A stretch of 64,000 nt of DNA from a virus (lineage: Duplodnaviria > Caudoviricetes), in the IMG/VR virus record IMGVR_UViG_3300028797_000148, positions 1-64,000 of that record, one strand, 5' to 3'. Position 1 is the stretch's first letter. Every line of letters begins with the position of its first letter. A model generated the notes under the pieces. The model made no database searches. It was not told the DNA's origin and was given only the letters and a program-made list of their open reading frames with translations. Shown one piece after another: positions 1-9,532 of this stretch. The translations under genes and the position numbers were made by a program.

Positions 1-1
1 G

Positions 2-877
2 CAGAATATCCGTACAAAGGTGCAGGGCGAAATCGACGCTTTAAAAGCGCAGGTTAAAACGCAGGTCACCCGCATGGAGGTTATTACCCCAAATGGCGAA
101 AAGCATGAGGTCGACGGTGTTTTCTGTGAGGAGTTCGAGGACATGGTTAATGATGTTAATGCGGGCTGGTATCCCTATTTGCATGGTGCTGCGGGCTGTG
201 GTAAATCACACACAGCCGAACAGATAGCGAAAGCATTGGGGCTCGACTTTTATACGCAGAACATGCTTAACTTTGCACATGAAATAGCGGGCTATGGTGA
301 CGCTGGCGGTAACTTTGTAGAGACCCCGTTCTTTAAAGCGTTTTCAAATGGCGGGCTTTTCTTTTTGGATGAGGCCGACCGCAGTTCAATTGAAGGACTG
401 CCCGTTCTTAATCAAGCACTACAGCAGGGCTGGTTCAATTTCCCCGTTATCGGTAACGTGAAGGCTCACCCGAATTTCCGCTTTATGTGTGCGGGTAACA
501 CTTTAATGAATGGTGCGGACGAAATGTACACCAGCGGGCAGCAGCAGGACGCATCATTTAAGCGCAGGGTTATTTTCTACGAAATGCACTACGACCGCCG
601 CATTGAATTGCCAATTATGGCGCAGGGTGACGAAATATTAGTGAACTTTGTCGAGGACGTTCGCAGGGCTATAAAGAAAACGGGTACTTTGCACTTTGTG
701 TCGTACACCGAAACAAAGTACATGAAGGAACACGAAAACATGAAAGAAAAAGCCCTTATTCGTTCGACGTTCAAAAGTTTGGATATGGATATTATCCGCC
801 AAATATACGGGGAGCTCGAGGATAAAGAAAATGTGTGGGCTGTGGCTATGTACAAATTAATCCGCAGCCGCAAATAA
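2..877 (+). CDS. MoxR/CobS-like AAA+ ATPase (5'-truncated)
   Basis: Walker A GAAGCGKS, Walker B FFLDEAD; the frame is open back to the window edge. Confidence 0.85.
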   Translation, partial: QNIRTKVQGEIDALKAQVKTQVTRMEVITPNGEKHEVDGVFCEEFEDMVNDVNAGWYPYLHGAAGCGKSHTAEQIAKALGLDFYTQNMLNFAHEIAGYGDAGGNFVETPFFKAFSNGGLFFLDEADRSSIEGLPVLNQALQQGWFNFPVIGNVKAHPNFRFMCAGNTLMNGADEMYTSGQQQDASFKRRVIFYEMHYDRRIELPIMAQGDEILVNFVEDVRRAIKKTGTLHFVSYTETKYMKEHENMKEKALIRSTFKSLDMDIIRQIYGELEDKENVWAVAMYKLIRSRK

Positions 878-894
878 GCGGGCTACAAAGGGCG

Positions 895-935
895 AAAGAT
901 AGTGCAGCGGGTATGTTATCCGCTGGCTATCTTTT
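895..935 (+). terminator. Intergenic hairpin, possible terminator or processing site
   Basis: AAAGATAG/CTATCTTT and CAGCGGGT/ATCCGCTG stems, short T run after. Confidence 0.45.
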
Positions 936-982
936 AACGTAACACAAAGGAAATAAACGCTAAAATATAGGAGGTTTCAATC

Positions 983-1819
983 ATGGCAAAAGTAATATTT
1001 AAAAAGTTCAATGGTACGGGTGAGTTATCCGCACATTTGGCGCAGGCGATTGTAACAAACACTTTTAAGTATGAACAGCAGTCGGGCAGCATGAACGAAA
1101 GCGAAAGTTATGCGAAATTTGCACACACAAAGAATTATGAAGAGGCCGACAATTTGTTGCTTTATGGTTGCAAAGAACTGCAAAAGAAAATAGAAAACGC
1201 TGGCGTCCGCCAAATGCGTATGCAATTGAACAGCTATCAAAATAAGCGCAAAGTTTACAGCAGTATTGTAGGATTTGCCGCAAATGTACCAGCTTATTTG
1301 GCAGGAACACCAAACAGCATGATAAATGTGAAGACCACAAAGGTACGGCAGAAGGTTTTAAATTTCATGTATAATACCTCCGTATCGTGCAGAGTATCGG
1401 CTGAACGTATCATAAAAGCGGCTGCAAAGGTAGTGCAGGCCATAATGATAGTCGAGGCTGGCGGTGTTCGCGTAAATGTGTGGGCTGGTGAGGCTTTTAA
1501 AAGCGGCAGCGACCCCGACTGTTTGTGGCTGTGCAAAATCAAGGACGCAGGGCAGCGCATGGACACCTTAAAAATGGCGTACCCAATAGCTCACCCCAGC
1601 ATGTTACGCCGCCAATGGTTTAAACTTCTTGAAACGACCGAGGGTGTTCCTTCATCATATACATGTGGATATGGCAGCGTAATTGATAACGAAAAGCGGT
1701 GTATGCAAACGTTACAAAATGCGGGTGTTAAGAATATCCAGCGGGCTTTATGTTTCGACGAGGTTGAATATAAAAGCGCAGAAGAAATTGCAAAGATGAT
1801 GGTCGAGGGTGTTAATTGA
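983..1819 (+). CDS. VWA-like partner of the AAA ATPase
   Basis: Directly downstream of a MoxR-type ATPase; alpha/beta pattern with HPSMLRR motif resembles phage CobT/VWA-like proteins. Confidence 0.55.
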   Translation: MAKVIFKKFNGTGELSAHLAQAIVTNTFKYEQQSGSMNESESYAKFAHTKNYEEADNLLLYGCKELQKKIENAGVRQMRMQLNSYQNKRKVYSSIVGFAANVPAYLAGTPNSMINVKTTKVRQKVLNFMYNTSVSCRVSAERIIKAAAKVVQAIMIVEAGGVRVNVWAGEAFKSGSDPDCLWLCKIKDAGQRMDTLKMAYPIAHPSMLRRQWFKLLETTEGVPSSYTCGYGSVIDNEKRCMQTLQNAGVKNIQRALCFDEVEYKSAEEIAKMMVEGVN

Positions 1820-2029
1820 AACACCCCGACCGACCTTTGCGGGTGCAAATATAAATCATTGTATCTGTAGTGAAAACAGACCCCGCACAAAGTTATAAAA
1901 TAAGGTAGTTTTAAGGGCTTTTAAGGGCTTTAAATATACGTACCTTTGTAGTTATCCACAAATAATAAAACAGCCCTTTGTCGGGCTTTAAAATAACGTA
2001 TTAATAATTAATTTATAGGAGGTTTTAAT

Positions 2030-2437
2030 ATGGCAAATGTTAATGAACATGCGGTCGCTGTGGCAAATGAAATCATGCAGCAGCTTTATGCTACGACTGA
2101 TATTAACATTATTTGGTCGTGGGGTATTCGCGGGTATGGCGCAGGGTGGATTTATAATGACTGCGAGTTATATTGCGCGTGTTTGGTTCTTGATGTTTCG
2201 GGGCTGGTTCACAAAGGTCGTGTAATTGTGGCACTTGACGAGGCTAACGACTGGTATGACGTTCTTTTGCTAAATGCAAAGGGCGAGCGTGTTGGAACAT
2301 GGCACAAAGAAATATACTGCGACATGCTGGGGCGCAAACTTGATGAATTGATAGAACGACCCGCAGGCATGACGGACGAGGAATATCGGCACAAATATAC
2401 GGCTGATAATATCCGTAAAATCTTGGAGGAGAAATAA
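2030..2437 (+). CDS. Hypothetical early protein
   Basis: 135-aa ORF with GGAGG and AT-rich leader. Confidence 0.7.
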   Translation: MANVNEHAVAVANEIMQQLYATTDINIIWSWGIRGYGAGWIYNDCELYCACLVLDVSGLVHKGRVIVALDEANDWYDVLLLNAKGERVGTWHKEIYCDMLGRKLDELIERPAGMTDEEYRHKYTADNIRKILEEK

Positions 2438-2558
2438 ATCCCTATATTTAAATTAATGCGTTTTCCGTACCCGCTGGCGGGCGTTCGTACCGTTGGCGGG
2501 TACATTTATAAGATGGCGCAAATTAAACGATTCAGAAACGATTTAAAAGCATTATATC

Positions 2559-3002
2559 ATGAGTTCTTTTATCATCAACAAAGTGGAATACATCAAGGCC
2601 GCAGGGCTGATGTACGGCATCGAAGACGCAAAGGTGCATAAACACGCCTATTTCTTGAATCATATCCGCTATTATTTCTGTAATTGCTATGCGTTGAACG
2701 TGAAAAGCGTTAATTTGCAGTATGACAGCAATATTGCGGTTGACGATGGCGAGTACATGGACGTGTTTGAAGAATACAAGGCCAAAGGGCGCAGGATAGC
2801 AAACTGCGATGGCTGTGGCGACGTGAAGAATTTGGGCGCACTACGCAAGCGGCTGACAAAGTTCTTTGAATGTGTGCTTTATCAGATTGAGGACGAAGAT
2901 TGTGCCGAGTACGCATCATGGCTGGCGTTCATGTGTATTGGCAAATTATGTGAAACCGAAATCGAAGATATTGAAGGCTGGTGGGGCGAAATCGAATTAT
3001 AA
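2559..3002 (+). CDS. Hypothetical early protein
   Basis: 147-aa ORF, co-oriented with neighbours. Confidence 0.65.
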   Translation: MSSFIINKVEYIKAAGLMYGIEDAKVHKHAYFLNHIRYYFCNCYALNVKSVNLQYDSNIAVDDGEYMDVFEEYKAKGRRIANCDGCGDVKNLGALRKRLTKFFECVLYQIEDEDCAEYASWLAFMCIGKLCETEIEDIEGWWGEIEL

Positions 3003-3149
3003 CAAACATCAAATATTTACGACTATGAGTAAGTTTGAAATCTACGCAGCGTATGACGCTATTATTTCATTGGAGGCAAGCGGTGATTTTCGCGGGGCTT
3101 GCAAGAAAATGAAGAGTATTAACAAATCAGTATCAAGGAGGGCATCAAA

Positions 3150-3353
3150 ATGGCAAAGTTAGTGTTTATCTATTTGGCTTGTACGGCTGCATTGATGGTG
3201 GCTGTGCTGCTTATCTGTGGCGGAGGCTGGTATTCTATGGCTGGCCTGCTGTGGGCAGCTGTGCTTTATGTTTCGGGCGATGTGTTCCCCGATACATGGA
3301 AGACGTATTGGACTTCTAACATAAAAATCTTGGCATACTTCAATTGCCTCTAA
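3150..3353 (+). CDS. Small membrane protein
   Basis: Two hydrophobic segments in 67 aa. Confidence 0.55.
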   Translation: MAKLVFIYLACTAALMVAVLLICGGGWYSMAGLLWAAVLYVSGDVFPDTWKTYWTSNIKILAYFNCL

Positions 3354-3413
3354 TGTGCGCGGGTGACGCGTATATAATAATTAATATATATAATTAATAA
3401 AACGTGCTTAATT

Positions 3414-3569
3414 ATGAAAAAGTACATTTGCAGCGTGTGCGGCTCTGACGACATTCTCGTACATGCGTGGGTAAATCCCAAGAACAACAAGGTCGTGGAA
3501 TATGACGAGGAAGAGTGCTATTGCAACAAGTGCAAGGAAATCGTCGAGTATGAAACAATTGAAAAATAG
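3414..3569 (+). CDS. Small zinc-ribbon protein
   Basis: Read manually: MKKYICSVCGS...CYCNKCKEIVEYETIEK, two CxxC pairs. Confidence 0.6.
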   Translation: MKKYICSVCGSDDILVHAWVNPKNNKVVEYDEEECYCNKCKEIVEYETIEK

Positions 3570-3581
3570 AAAGGGCTTGAT

Positions 3582-4004
3582 ATGGAAAATATGACTATCA
3601 CAAAGTTTATTGAACGTTTTCTCAATGGCGACTTCGACCGTCCTTTTAGAAACGTTCAGATTGAGGCAGGATGGTATGACTGGTTCTGCAAGGATTCATC
3701 TTTGGCCGCAAAGACGCAGTATCTTGGCCGTAAGGTGGTGGCAATCAAGGATAGCAGGCGTTTTGATAATGACAAGTGCTATGTGTTCTTTAAGAACAAT
3801 TGCCCAATGGTGGGTAAATTGTACGACCATTTCTCCATCTGTGACATGGAAAGCGGCGACGTTCTGTTCTGCTGCCAGCATCTTGAAAAGGGCAGTCACG
3901 GATGCGACAAGGCTCATTGGGAAATATACGACCGTAACGTGGGATTCGATACCCCCGTAGTTAATGGTTCGTGGCGTGATGTGTTGAACTATTTTAATAA
4001 GTAA
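3582..4004 (+). CDS. Hypothetical phage protein
   Basis: 140-aa ORF with GWYDWFC and FKNNCP motifs. Confidence 0.7.
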   Translation: MENMTITKFIERFLNGDFDRPFRNVQIEAGWYDWFCKDSSLAAKTQYLGRKVVAIKDSRRFDNDKCYVFFKNNCPMVGKLYDHFSICDMESGDVLFCCQHLEKGSHGCDKAHWEIYDRNVGFDTPVVNGSWRDVLNYFNK

Positions 4005-4298
4005 CAGCTATGGCATATCTGAAACTAAACAAACGGCAGCTTGATTTGGTAGGCGAAAGCGTACTCAAGAAAATCAAGGTCAATCGCGAGGCCGTTGACA
4101 TGATTACAAACGAAAGGGCGCGAAACGCTTTGTATAAGGAAATCGACGAATTGAACGAGATTCTTCAGTTATTAACCCAAGTTTAAATCTTTATATCGTA
4201 TGGCATTTATTATTATTATCGGTGTGTTAGGTATGCTTTTCGACGGTTCTATGGTACGTATGGGAGGCAAGTAATAAACAATTTAAATTTCAAGAACT

Positions 4299-4502
4299 AT
4301 GGTTATTGGTATTGCATTGACGCAGGATGATATGCAGCGTATCACAGCGTCTGTAGGTTTAGCGGCAAAGATTCTGACTGAAAGTGCCGAGGACATGGAC
4401 GATGTTAATGAGGCCATGCGGCTGAATATCCTTTATGCCAAGCTGGTTGCTGGTATGAAGAAAGTGGCCGATGAAACTCACGACAACAAGGTCGAAAGCT
4501 AA
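4299..4502 (+). CDS. Hypothetical protein
   Basis: 67-aa ORF with AT-rich leader. Confidence 0.5.
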   Translation: MVIGIALTQDDMQRITASVGLAAKILTESAEDMDDVNEAMRLNILYAKLVAGMKKVADETHDNKVES

Positions 4503-4668
4503 CAATTAATCGGGGCGGGCATATCCCGTCTTGTGTTGTTGTTGATTCCTGCCTACGGGATGGGCGGGTGGTTAGGCGGTATAAATAAAACCTTTGTAGC
4601 CGTAGAGGAAACGGCTACCGCCACAATTATTTTCATCAGTATTAATTAATTTATAGGAGGGCTTTATT

Positions 4669-5013
4669 ATGGCTACAACAAAAAAGAATGATTTCAAGAA
4701 AATCAAGGAATTGGCAAACAAGCACCAGCGTGATTGCTTCAAGTTTGTGACATTGTGGGACTACAAAGGTAAGAAGTTCCGCTTTACGTTTGAGAACTCC
4801 AACGGAACGCCATGCGGCTTTGACTACAAACATTGCATTGACGTGTTCACCAACGACCAATGGCAGCATGTGGCCGACAAAAGTGATATTGACGCTTTTG
4901 TAAAGGGCGAGTGCAATTATACTCAGTATTTCGCCTCCGTTTACGAGTACGGCAAATGGAGTCGTGCGTTTACGGATGCCTGCATCGAATATATCAAGGT
5001 TCTTTATTCTTAA
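4669..5013 (+). CDS. Hypothetical protein
   Basis: 114-aa ORF preceded by GGAGG. Confidence 0.65.
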   Translation: MATTKKNDFKKIKELANKHQRDCFKFVTLWDYKGKKFRFTFENSNGTPCGFDYKHCIDVFTNDQWQHVADKSDIDAFVKGECNYTQYFASVYEYGKWSRAFTDACIEYIKVLYS

Positions 5014-5264
5014 TGGCTATGGGTAGTTATTATTTTTTTACGCAGGAATGGAACGAAAGCGACATCCTGCCACATGGACGGTGTACGGCAAAGGTCACCG
5101 AGTACGGATTCAAGACGGAAAAGGAAATAAACGAAATCGTGTATTGCATGGAGCGTTATTCCCCGTATGATTACGTAGACCACTATAAAGACAAGAACGA
5201 GGAGGCGTACAGACGCCAAATCGAAACACTTAGGGACAACGGGGCAGAAATTGTTGAAGCATAA
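5013..5264 (+). CDS. Hypothetical protein
   Basis: ATG overlaps the upstream TAA (TAATG); start reassigned from 4911. Confidence 0.55.
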   Translation: MAMGSYYFFTQEWNESDILPHGRCTAKVTEYGFKTEKEINEIVYCMERYSPYDYVDHYKDKNEEAYRRQIETLRDNGAEIVEA

Positions 5265-5275
5265 ATTATTCAGAT

Positions 5276-6118
5276 ATGAAAAAGTTTGTAATCTATATTC
5301 GTGTATCAACACGAAAGCAGGGCGCAAGCGGATTAGGCTTGGAAAGCCAGCGCAAGATATGTACCGACCTTGTTAAGTCAAAGGGCGGTGATGTTGTTGC
5401 AGAATTTAAGGACGTGGAAAGCGGTACGCACCGTGACAGAAAAGGTCTGCTGGCAGCGGTTGATTATTGCAAGAATAATAATTGCTCATTGGTTATCGCA
5501 AAGTTAGACCGCCTCGCCCGTGACGTGGAGTTTTGTTTCAAGGTAGTCAACACGGGTATAGATATTCACTTTGCGGATATGCCGACCATCAATACGCTTT
5601 TGCTTGGCGTGTTCGCGGCTGTGGCGCAGTACGAAAGGGAACTTACCAGCGACCGCACGGTCAAGGCTTTGGCGGCAAAGAAGGCACGCGGCGAAAAGAC
5701 TGGCGGCGCAAGTGACGCTTGGATTGAGAACTACAACAAGAAGTCAAATATAGAAAAGCATGAGATTGGAATGAGAAGAGGAGCAACAAAGAACGAAAGA
5801 CATCTTTTAAGCCGTGATGTGCAGGCGTTCATCAAGGCTTTGCGCAGCGTGTTCCCCGATGCCTGCAAGGGCGATGTAACCGAGTGGGATTTCAGCGCGA
5901 TAAACACAAAGGAAACCGCACGTATCAAGCTGTTATCATTGATGCGTGATTACAAGGAACTTGATAGCACGTTATTTGCAAAGTGGGATTTGTCGGGCGA
6001 CGATTTATCCGCAAGACATTTGCAGGTAAAATTGGCCGCACAGATTCAGTCTTTGAGAAACTCAGTCAAGAAACTCAATGAAAACAAAGACAACGAAAAA
6101 GGCGATGCCATCGAATAA
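5276..6118 (+). CDS. Serine recombinase (resolvase/invertase family)
   Basis: N-terminal YIRVSTRKQ catalytic Ser motif, ESG, KLDRLAR, AQYERE. Confidence 0.9.
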   Translation: MKKFVIYIRVSTRKQGASGLGLESQRKICTDLVKSKGGDVVAEFKDVESGTHRDRKGLLAAVDYCKNNNCSLVIAKLDRLARDVEFCFKVVNTGIDIHFADMPTINTLLLGVFAAVAQYERELTSDRTVKALAAKKARGEKTGGASDAWIENYNKKSNIEKHEIGMRRGATKNERHLLSRDVQAFIKALRSVFPDACKGDVTEWDFSAINTKETARIKLLSLMRDYKELDSTLFAKWDLSGDDLSARHLQVKLAAQIQSLRNSVKKLNENKDNEKGDAIE

Positions 6119-6596
6119 CATCATCGTGGAACATTGGCGGCAGTTCGCTTTGCTTTCAAGCGGCAGGCAGCAGGAATACTTCCAGCAGAAAATCAAGGAC
6201 GGACACGTAACTAAATGCGTGTCTGCCCGTGATGTTTTCACCCCTGCGGAAATGAAACGCATAAAGCAGTATTGCCAAATAGAGCCAAAGATGTGCTACC
6301 GCACGGCATACCGATTAGCAAACCTATTCCCCGACCGTATCAAGTATGTGGAGGGCGAGGTGACAATATTCAACGGCGGCATTGGCATAGACCATGCTTG
6401 GAACTTGGTCGACGGTGAACATTACGTCGACCTTACATTTGAATTTGCCCTTAACGAAGACGTAACGAAAGAAACTTACGTTGCCTTGGGCGAATACGAT
6501 ATACACACCATACGCGATGTGGCAAGCGACTTGCAGGTGTATGGCGGCGTATATGGCTATCTGTGGACTAAGAACAATAAACCAAAAAGCAAGTAA
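6078..6596 (+). CDS. Papain/transglutaminase-like protein
   Basis: CYRTA...YVEG...HAWN Cys-His pattern. Confidence 0.5.
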   Translation: MKTKTTKKAMPSNNIIVEHWRQFALLSSGRQQEYFQQKIKDGHVTKCVSARDVFTPAEMKRIKQYCQIEPKMCYRTAYRLANLFPDRIKYVEGEVTIFNGGIGIDHAWNLVDGEHYVDLTFEFALNEDVTKETYVALGEYDIHTIRDVASDLQVYGGVYGYLWTKNNKPKSK

Positions 6597-6600
6597 CATT

Positions 6601-7059
6601 ATGAAAACAAAAACCGTAGTAAGCGACATCAACCATGAGGATTTGGTGGAACTTTTAAGCACAGCATCCTATGGCAGTTCATGGCTAAAACTGAACTACG
6701 ATAGCACCGAGTACGCAGCGTTAAAGAACGAAGACCCCGACAAACAATGCCTCGAAGACAAATGCGCATTGCTTTTGCTTAACGGCAAAACGATTGACAT
6801 CTGCGACTTCTATGCCGAGGATAGCGATGATTCCTACGATTCAAAGCTCCCGCACAGCTATGATGAAGCTTGTGGCAGCATGGATTACACGGTCAGCCTC
6901 AAGGATATAGAAAATGGCTTATCCAAGATGCTTGATGCTGGCGGGTGGCCTGCCAAGTATGTGATGAATCTTATCAATGCCGACGACGGTGATTTCGACC
7001 AGCCGCAGGCAGAAAGCATCATCCAGCATATATTATGGGGGTGTGAAGTCTATGGTTAA
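6601..7059 (+). CDS. Hypothetical acidic protein
   Basis: ATG at 6601 right after the upstream stop. Confidence 0.65.
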   Translation: MKTKTVVSDINHEDLVELLSTASYGSSWLKLNYDSTEYAALKNEDPDKQCLEDKCALLLLNGKTIDICDFYAEDSDDSYDSKLPHSYDEACGSMDYTVSLKDIENGLSKMLDAGGWPAKYVMNLINADDGDFDQPQAESIIQHILWGCEVYG

Positions 7060-7096
7060 AGTTGGTTAATCATTTCGCTATATCATTTATTTTTTG

Positions 7097-7104
7097 TATC
7101 TTTG
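7097..7104 (+). promoter_or_regulatory. Bacteroidota sigma-A -7 element
   Basis: TATCTTTG matches TAnnTTTG; lies upstream of the HNH gene. Confidence 0.6.
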
Positions 7105-7170
7105 CAACGTGGATAGGCGGAGGTAATTGGCCGCTGATAAGGGTAAGTCTATCGCCCTTCCACGTTTTAA

Positions 7171-7956
7171 ATGATAGACGTTTTACTAAAAGATAGACAA
7201 GATATGAAAAGATTATCGACAGAAGATTTTATCCGTAAATCAAAATTGGTACACGGCGAAAAGTACGATTACTCTAAAACCGTTTACGTTAATGCCTACA
7301 CAGATGTTATAATCACATGCCCTATTCATGGCGATTTTTTACAAAAGCCACATGAACATTTAAAAGGGTGCGGCTGTAATATTTGTGCAAGGCACGGCAA
7401 ATTAGTTTTCGGCAAAGGAATAATTGATGTTTCGTACCCAATAAAAGGGATGCAAGTTACAACAGCATGGAAAAACATGCTCAAACGTTGTTACGACGAG
7501 AGTGCAAGAGATAAATTCCCGACCTATCAAAATTGTGTTGTTTGTGACGCTTGGTTAAACTTTAGCAATTTCAAAAGATGGTATGATAAAAATCATATTA
7601 ATGGTTATCATCTTGACAAGGACATTCTAATCAAAGGAAATAAGGTATATTCCCCAAATACATGCTGTTTTGTACCACAAGAAATAAATAAACTTTTTAC
7701 TAAAACAGACAAGTTTAGAGGGAACACCCCGATAGGAGTTCAAAAAGTCGGTGATAGGTTTTATTCAAGACTAAAAATCCGCAAACATCTTGTTTCTCTT
7801 GGATATTACAAAACAGCAGAAGATGCTTTTATTAGATACAAAGCTGCAAAAGAAAACTATATAAAAGAAATCGCAAACGAATATAAAGAAAAAGGACTAA
7901 TATCAGATATAGTGTATAACGCTTTGATGCGTTATGAAGTGAGTATTAATGATTAA
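7171..7956 (+). CDS. HNH-like homing endonuclease with N-terminal Zn module and C-terminal AP2-like domain
   Basis: YDYS...CPIHG...GCNIC module; WKNMLKRCY...LDKDILIKGNKVYSPNTCCFVP; AP2-like LGYYKTAEDA. Confidence 0.75.
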   Translation: MIDVLLKDRQDMKRLSTEDFIRKSKLVHGEKYDYSKTVYVNAYTDVIITCPIHGDFLQKPHEHLKGCGCNICARHGKLVFGKGIIDVSYPIKGMQVTTAWKNMLKRCYDESARDKFPTYQNCVVCDAWLNFSNFKRWYDKNHINGYHLDKDILIKGNKVYSPNTCCFVPQEINKLFTKTDKFRGNTPIGVQKVGDRFYSRLKIRKHLVSLGYYKTAEDAFIRYKAAKENYIKEIANEYKEKGLISDIVYNALMRYEVSIND

Positions 7957-8005
7957 TTAAAAACAATTAGAGTTGGTGCGCCGACACGTATAGGCGTATA
8001 GTTTT

Positions 8006-8971
8006 ATGACACCTTTTCAAGTTGCGCTTTTCAAGCACTTTATTGAAGGCAAGGGTATGGTGACGATTTACATCAATCTGTACCGCAGGTATCACCTCAA
8101 GGCTAACCCGATTAGCGTCGAGGAGTTCCTCTTCAAAGTTCCCGAAACAGAAGTATGCACCAAGGCGTTCTATTGGGTAGCCAACATGAACTATGGCTAT
8201 GACTATTGGACGCAGATGCAGTTGTTTTGGATGGAATTTCTTGCATCCAACGAAAACAACTACACGGCTGATGAATGGTACAAGCTGCAAGGCATGTCGA
8301 AAATCCTGCGCACGAATTGGGATGCGGCAAAGCATTGGAAGCAGGAAAGCCGATTAACGGCGGCTATCCGCTTGGGTATTGACTTGAAGCTTATCGGCGC
8401 AGAGGACAAAGAGCCTACTGCCCCGCCTACAAAGCTATCCGAGGAATATCTTCGCGAAAGCACAAAGGACGAAATCCTTAACCGCGACTTTTCTGCCGAG
8501 AAAGAAGCATCAAGACAAGCGGATGCTCCAGCACCTGCGGATGCGATGCCCGACGGTGGCGGCGTTTTGGGCGAGTTCATGTTCGTCGACCTTACACCCC
8601 GACGCCAGCTGAAAAAGGACGAGATTAGCATCAACCGCAGAAACAAGAAAGGCTCTGTAACGTTCAACCTGCCACTATCCAAAGAGTTCCGTGAGCGTGG
8701 CGGCTACGAATATGCAGCCCTTATGCGTAACAAGGCTGGTGATGTCGTCCTTTTCTTGAACGATGTCAACGGCGTGCCGATGCTCGACGGTAACAGCAGC
8801 GGCGGTAACGGCAATTCCGTAATAAACAGCATTGAACTTGTATCACGGCTGTTTGTTCTCTTGAATCTGAACACCGACTATCATATCGTGAACATTAAGG
8901 AAATTGAGAAGACCGCAGGCCATGTGGCCTATCAAGTTTATGTAAACAACAATAATAACAATCAAAACTAA
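8006..8971 (+). CDS. Hypothetical protein
   Basis: 321-aa ORF. Confidence 0.7.
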   Translation: MTPFQVALFKHFIEGKGMVTIYINLYRRYHLKANPISVEEFLFKVPETEVCTKAFYWVANMNYGYDYWTQMQLFWMEFLASNENNYTADEWYKLQGMSKILRTNWDAAKHWKQESRLTAAIRLGIDLKLIGAEDKEPTAPPTKLSEEYLRESTKDEILNRDFSAEKEASRQADAPAPADAMPDGGGVLGEFMFVDLTPRRQLKKDEISINRRNKKGSVTFNLPLSKEFRERGGYEYAALMRNKAGDVVLFLNDVNGVPMLDGNSSGGNGNSVINSIELVSRLFVLLNLNTDYHIVNIKEIEKTAGHVAYQVYVNNNNNNQN

Positions 8972-8977
8972 AAAGCT

Positions 8978-9511
8978 ATGGCAAGTAGAAGAATCACAAA
9001 AACAATGGCCGAGGAAGCTGCAAATGCAATGGGGGTTAAAGTTTACAAAGACAAATTGCAGGCAGCAGGCGCAAAGATTGACGAGGCTGTTGAGAAAATC
9101 GCAAGAAAGTATATCCCAGCACCCGTTATAGCTTGTGTTGGCGAGTACAAGTCGTATTTTTCAACATCAAATGCGGCCTCTTGCACGACCCTTAACGACC
9201 GTGGTTATCGTGAAAACTATATCACGGGCAAGCTATCATTCCCGATTCCATCAAATTCCACGTACATCACCGTTAATCGCGAGGAGTACAACGTCTTAAA
9301 CTCGCTTTCAAAGCGCAAAAAGCAAATTGAAAACGAAAAAGAGACGTTCATTGAGCAGATGTATGATGCGCTTGTGGCATTAAAGTACGACAAGAACGTA
9401 GAAAAGGAACTCCCCGAGGCTATGCAGTACATCAACTTTCCCGAAGTAAAGGCCGTGCCAATGCCAGTCTTTACGGGTTTACGCGACATTCTTGCGAAAG
9501 CAAACAAATAA
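8978..9511 (+). CDS. Hypothetical protein
   Basis: 177-aa ORF, tightly packed. Confidence 0.7.
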   Translation: MASRRITKTMAEEAANAMGVKVYKDKLQAAGAKIDEAVEKIARKYIPAPVIACVGEYKSYFSTSNAASCTTLNDRGYRENYITGKLSFPIPSNSTYITVNREEYNVLNSLSKRKKQIENEKETFIEQMYDALVALKYDKNVEKELPEAMQYINFPEVKAVPMPVFTGLRDILAKANK

Positions 9512-9532
9512 TAACTTTTAAAATTAAACATT

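Noticed and set aside
5276-6118. Recombinase-driven tail-fibre inversion (shufflon)
   Set aside because: No inverted recombination sites or opposite-strand fibre cassettes were seen in the tail block.
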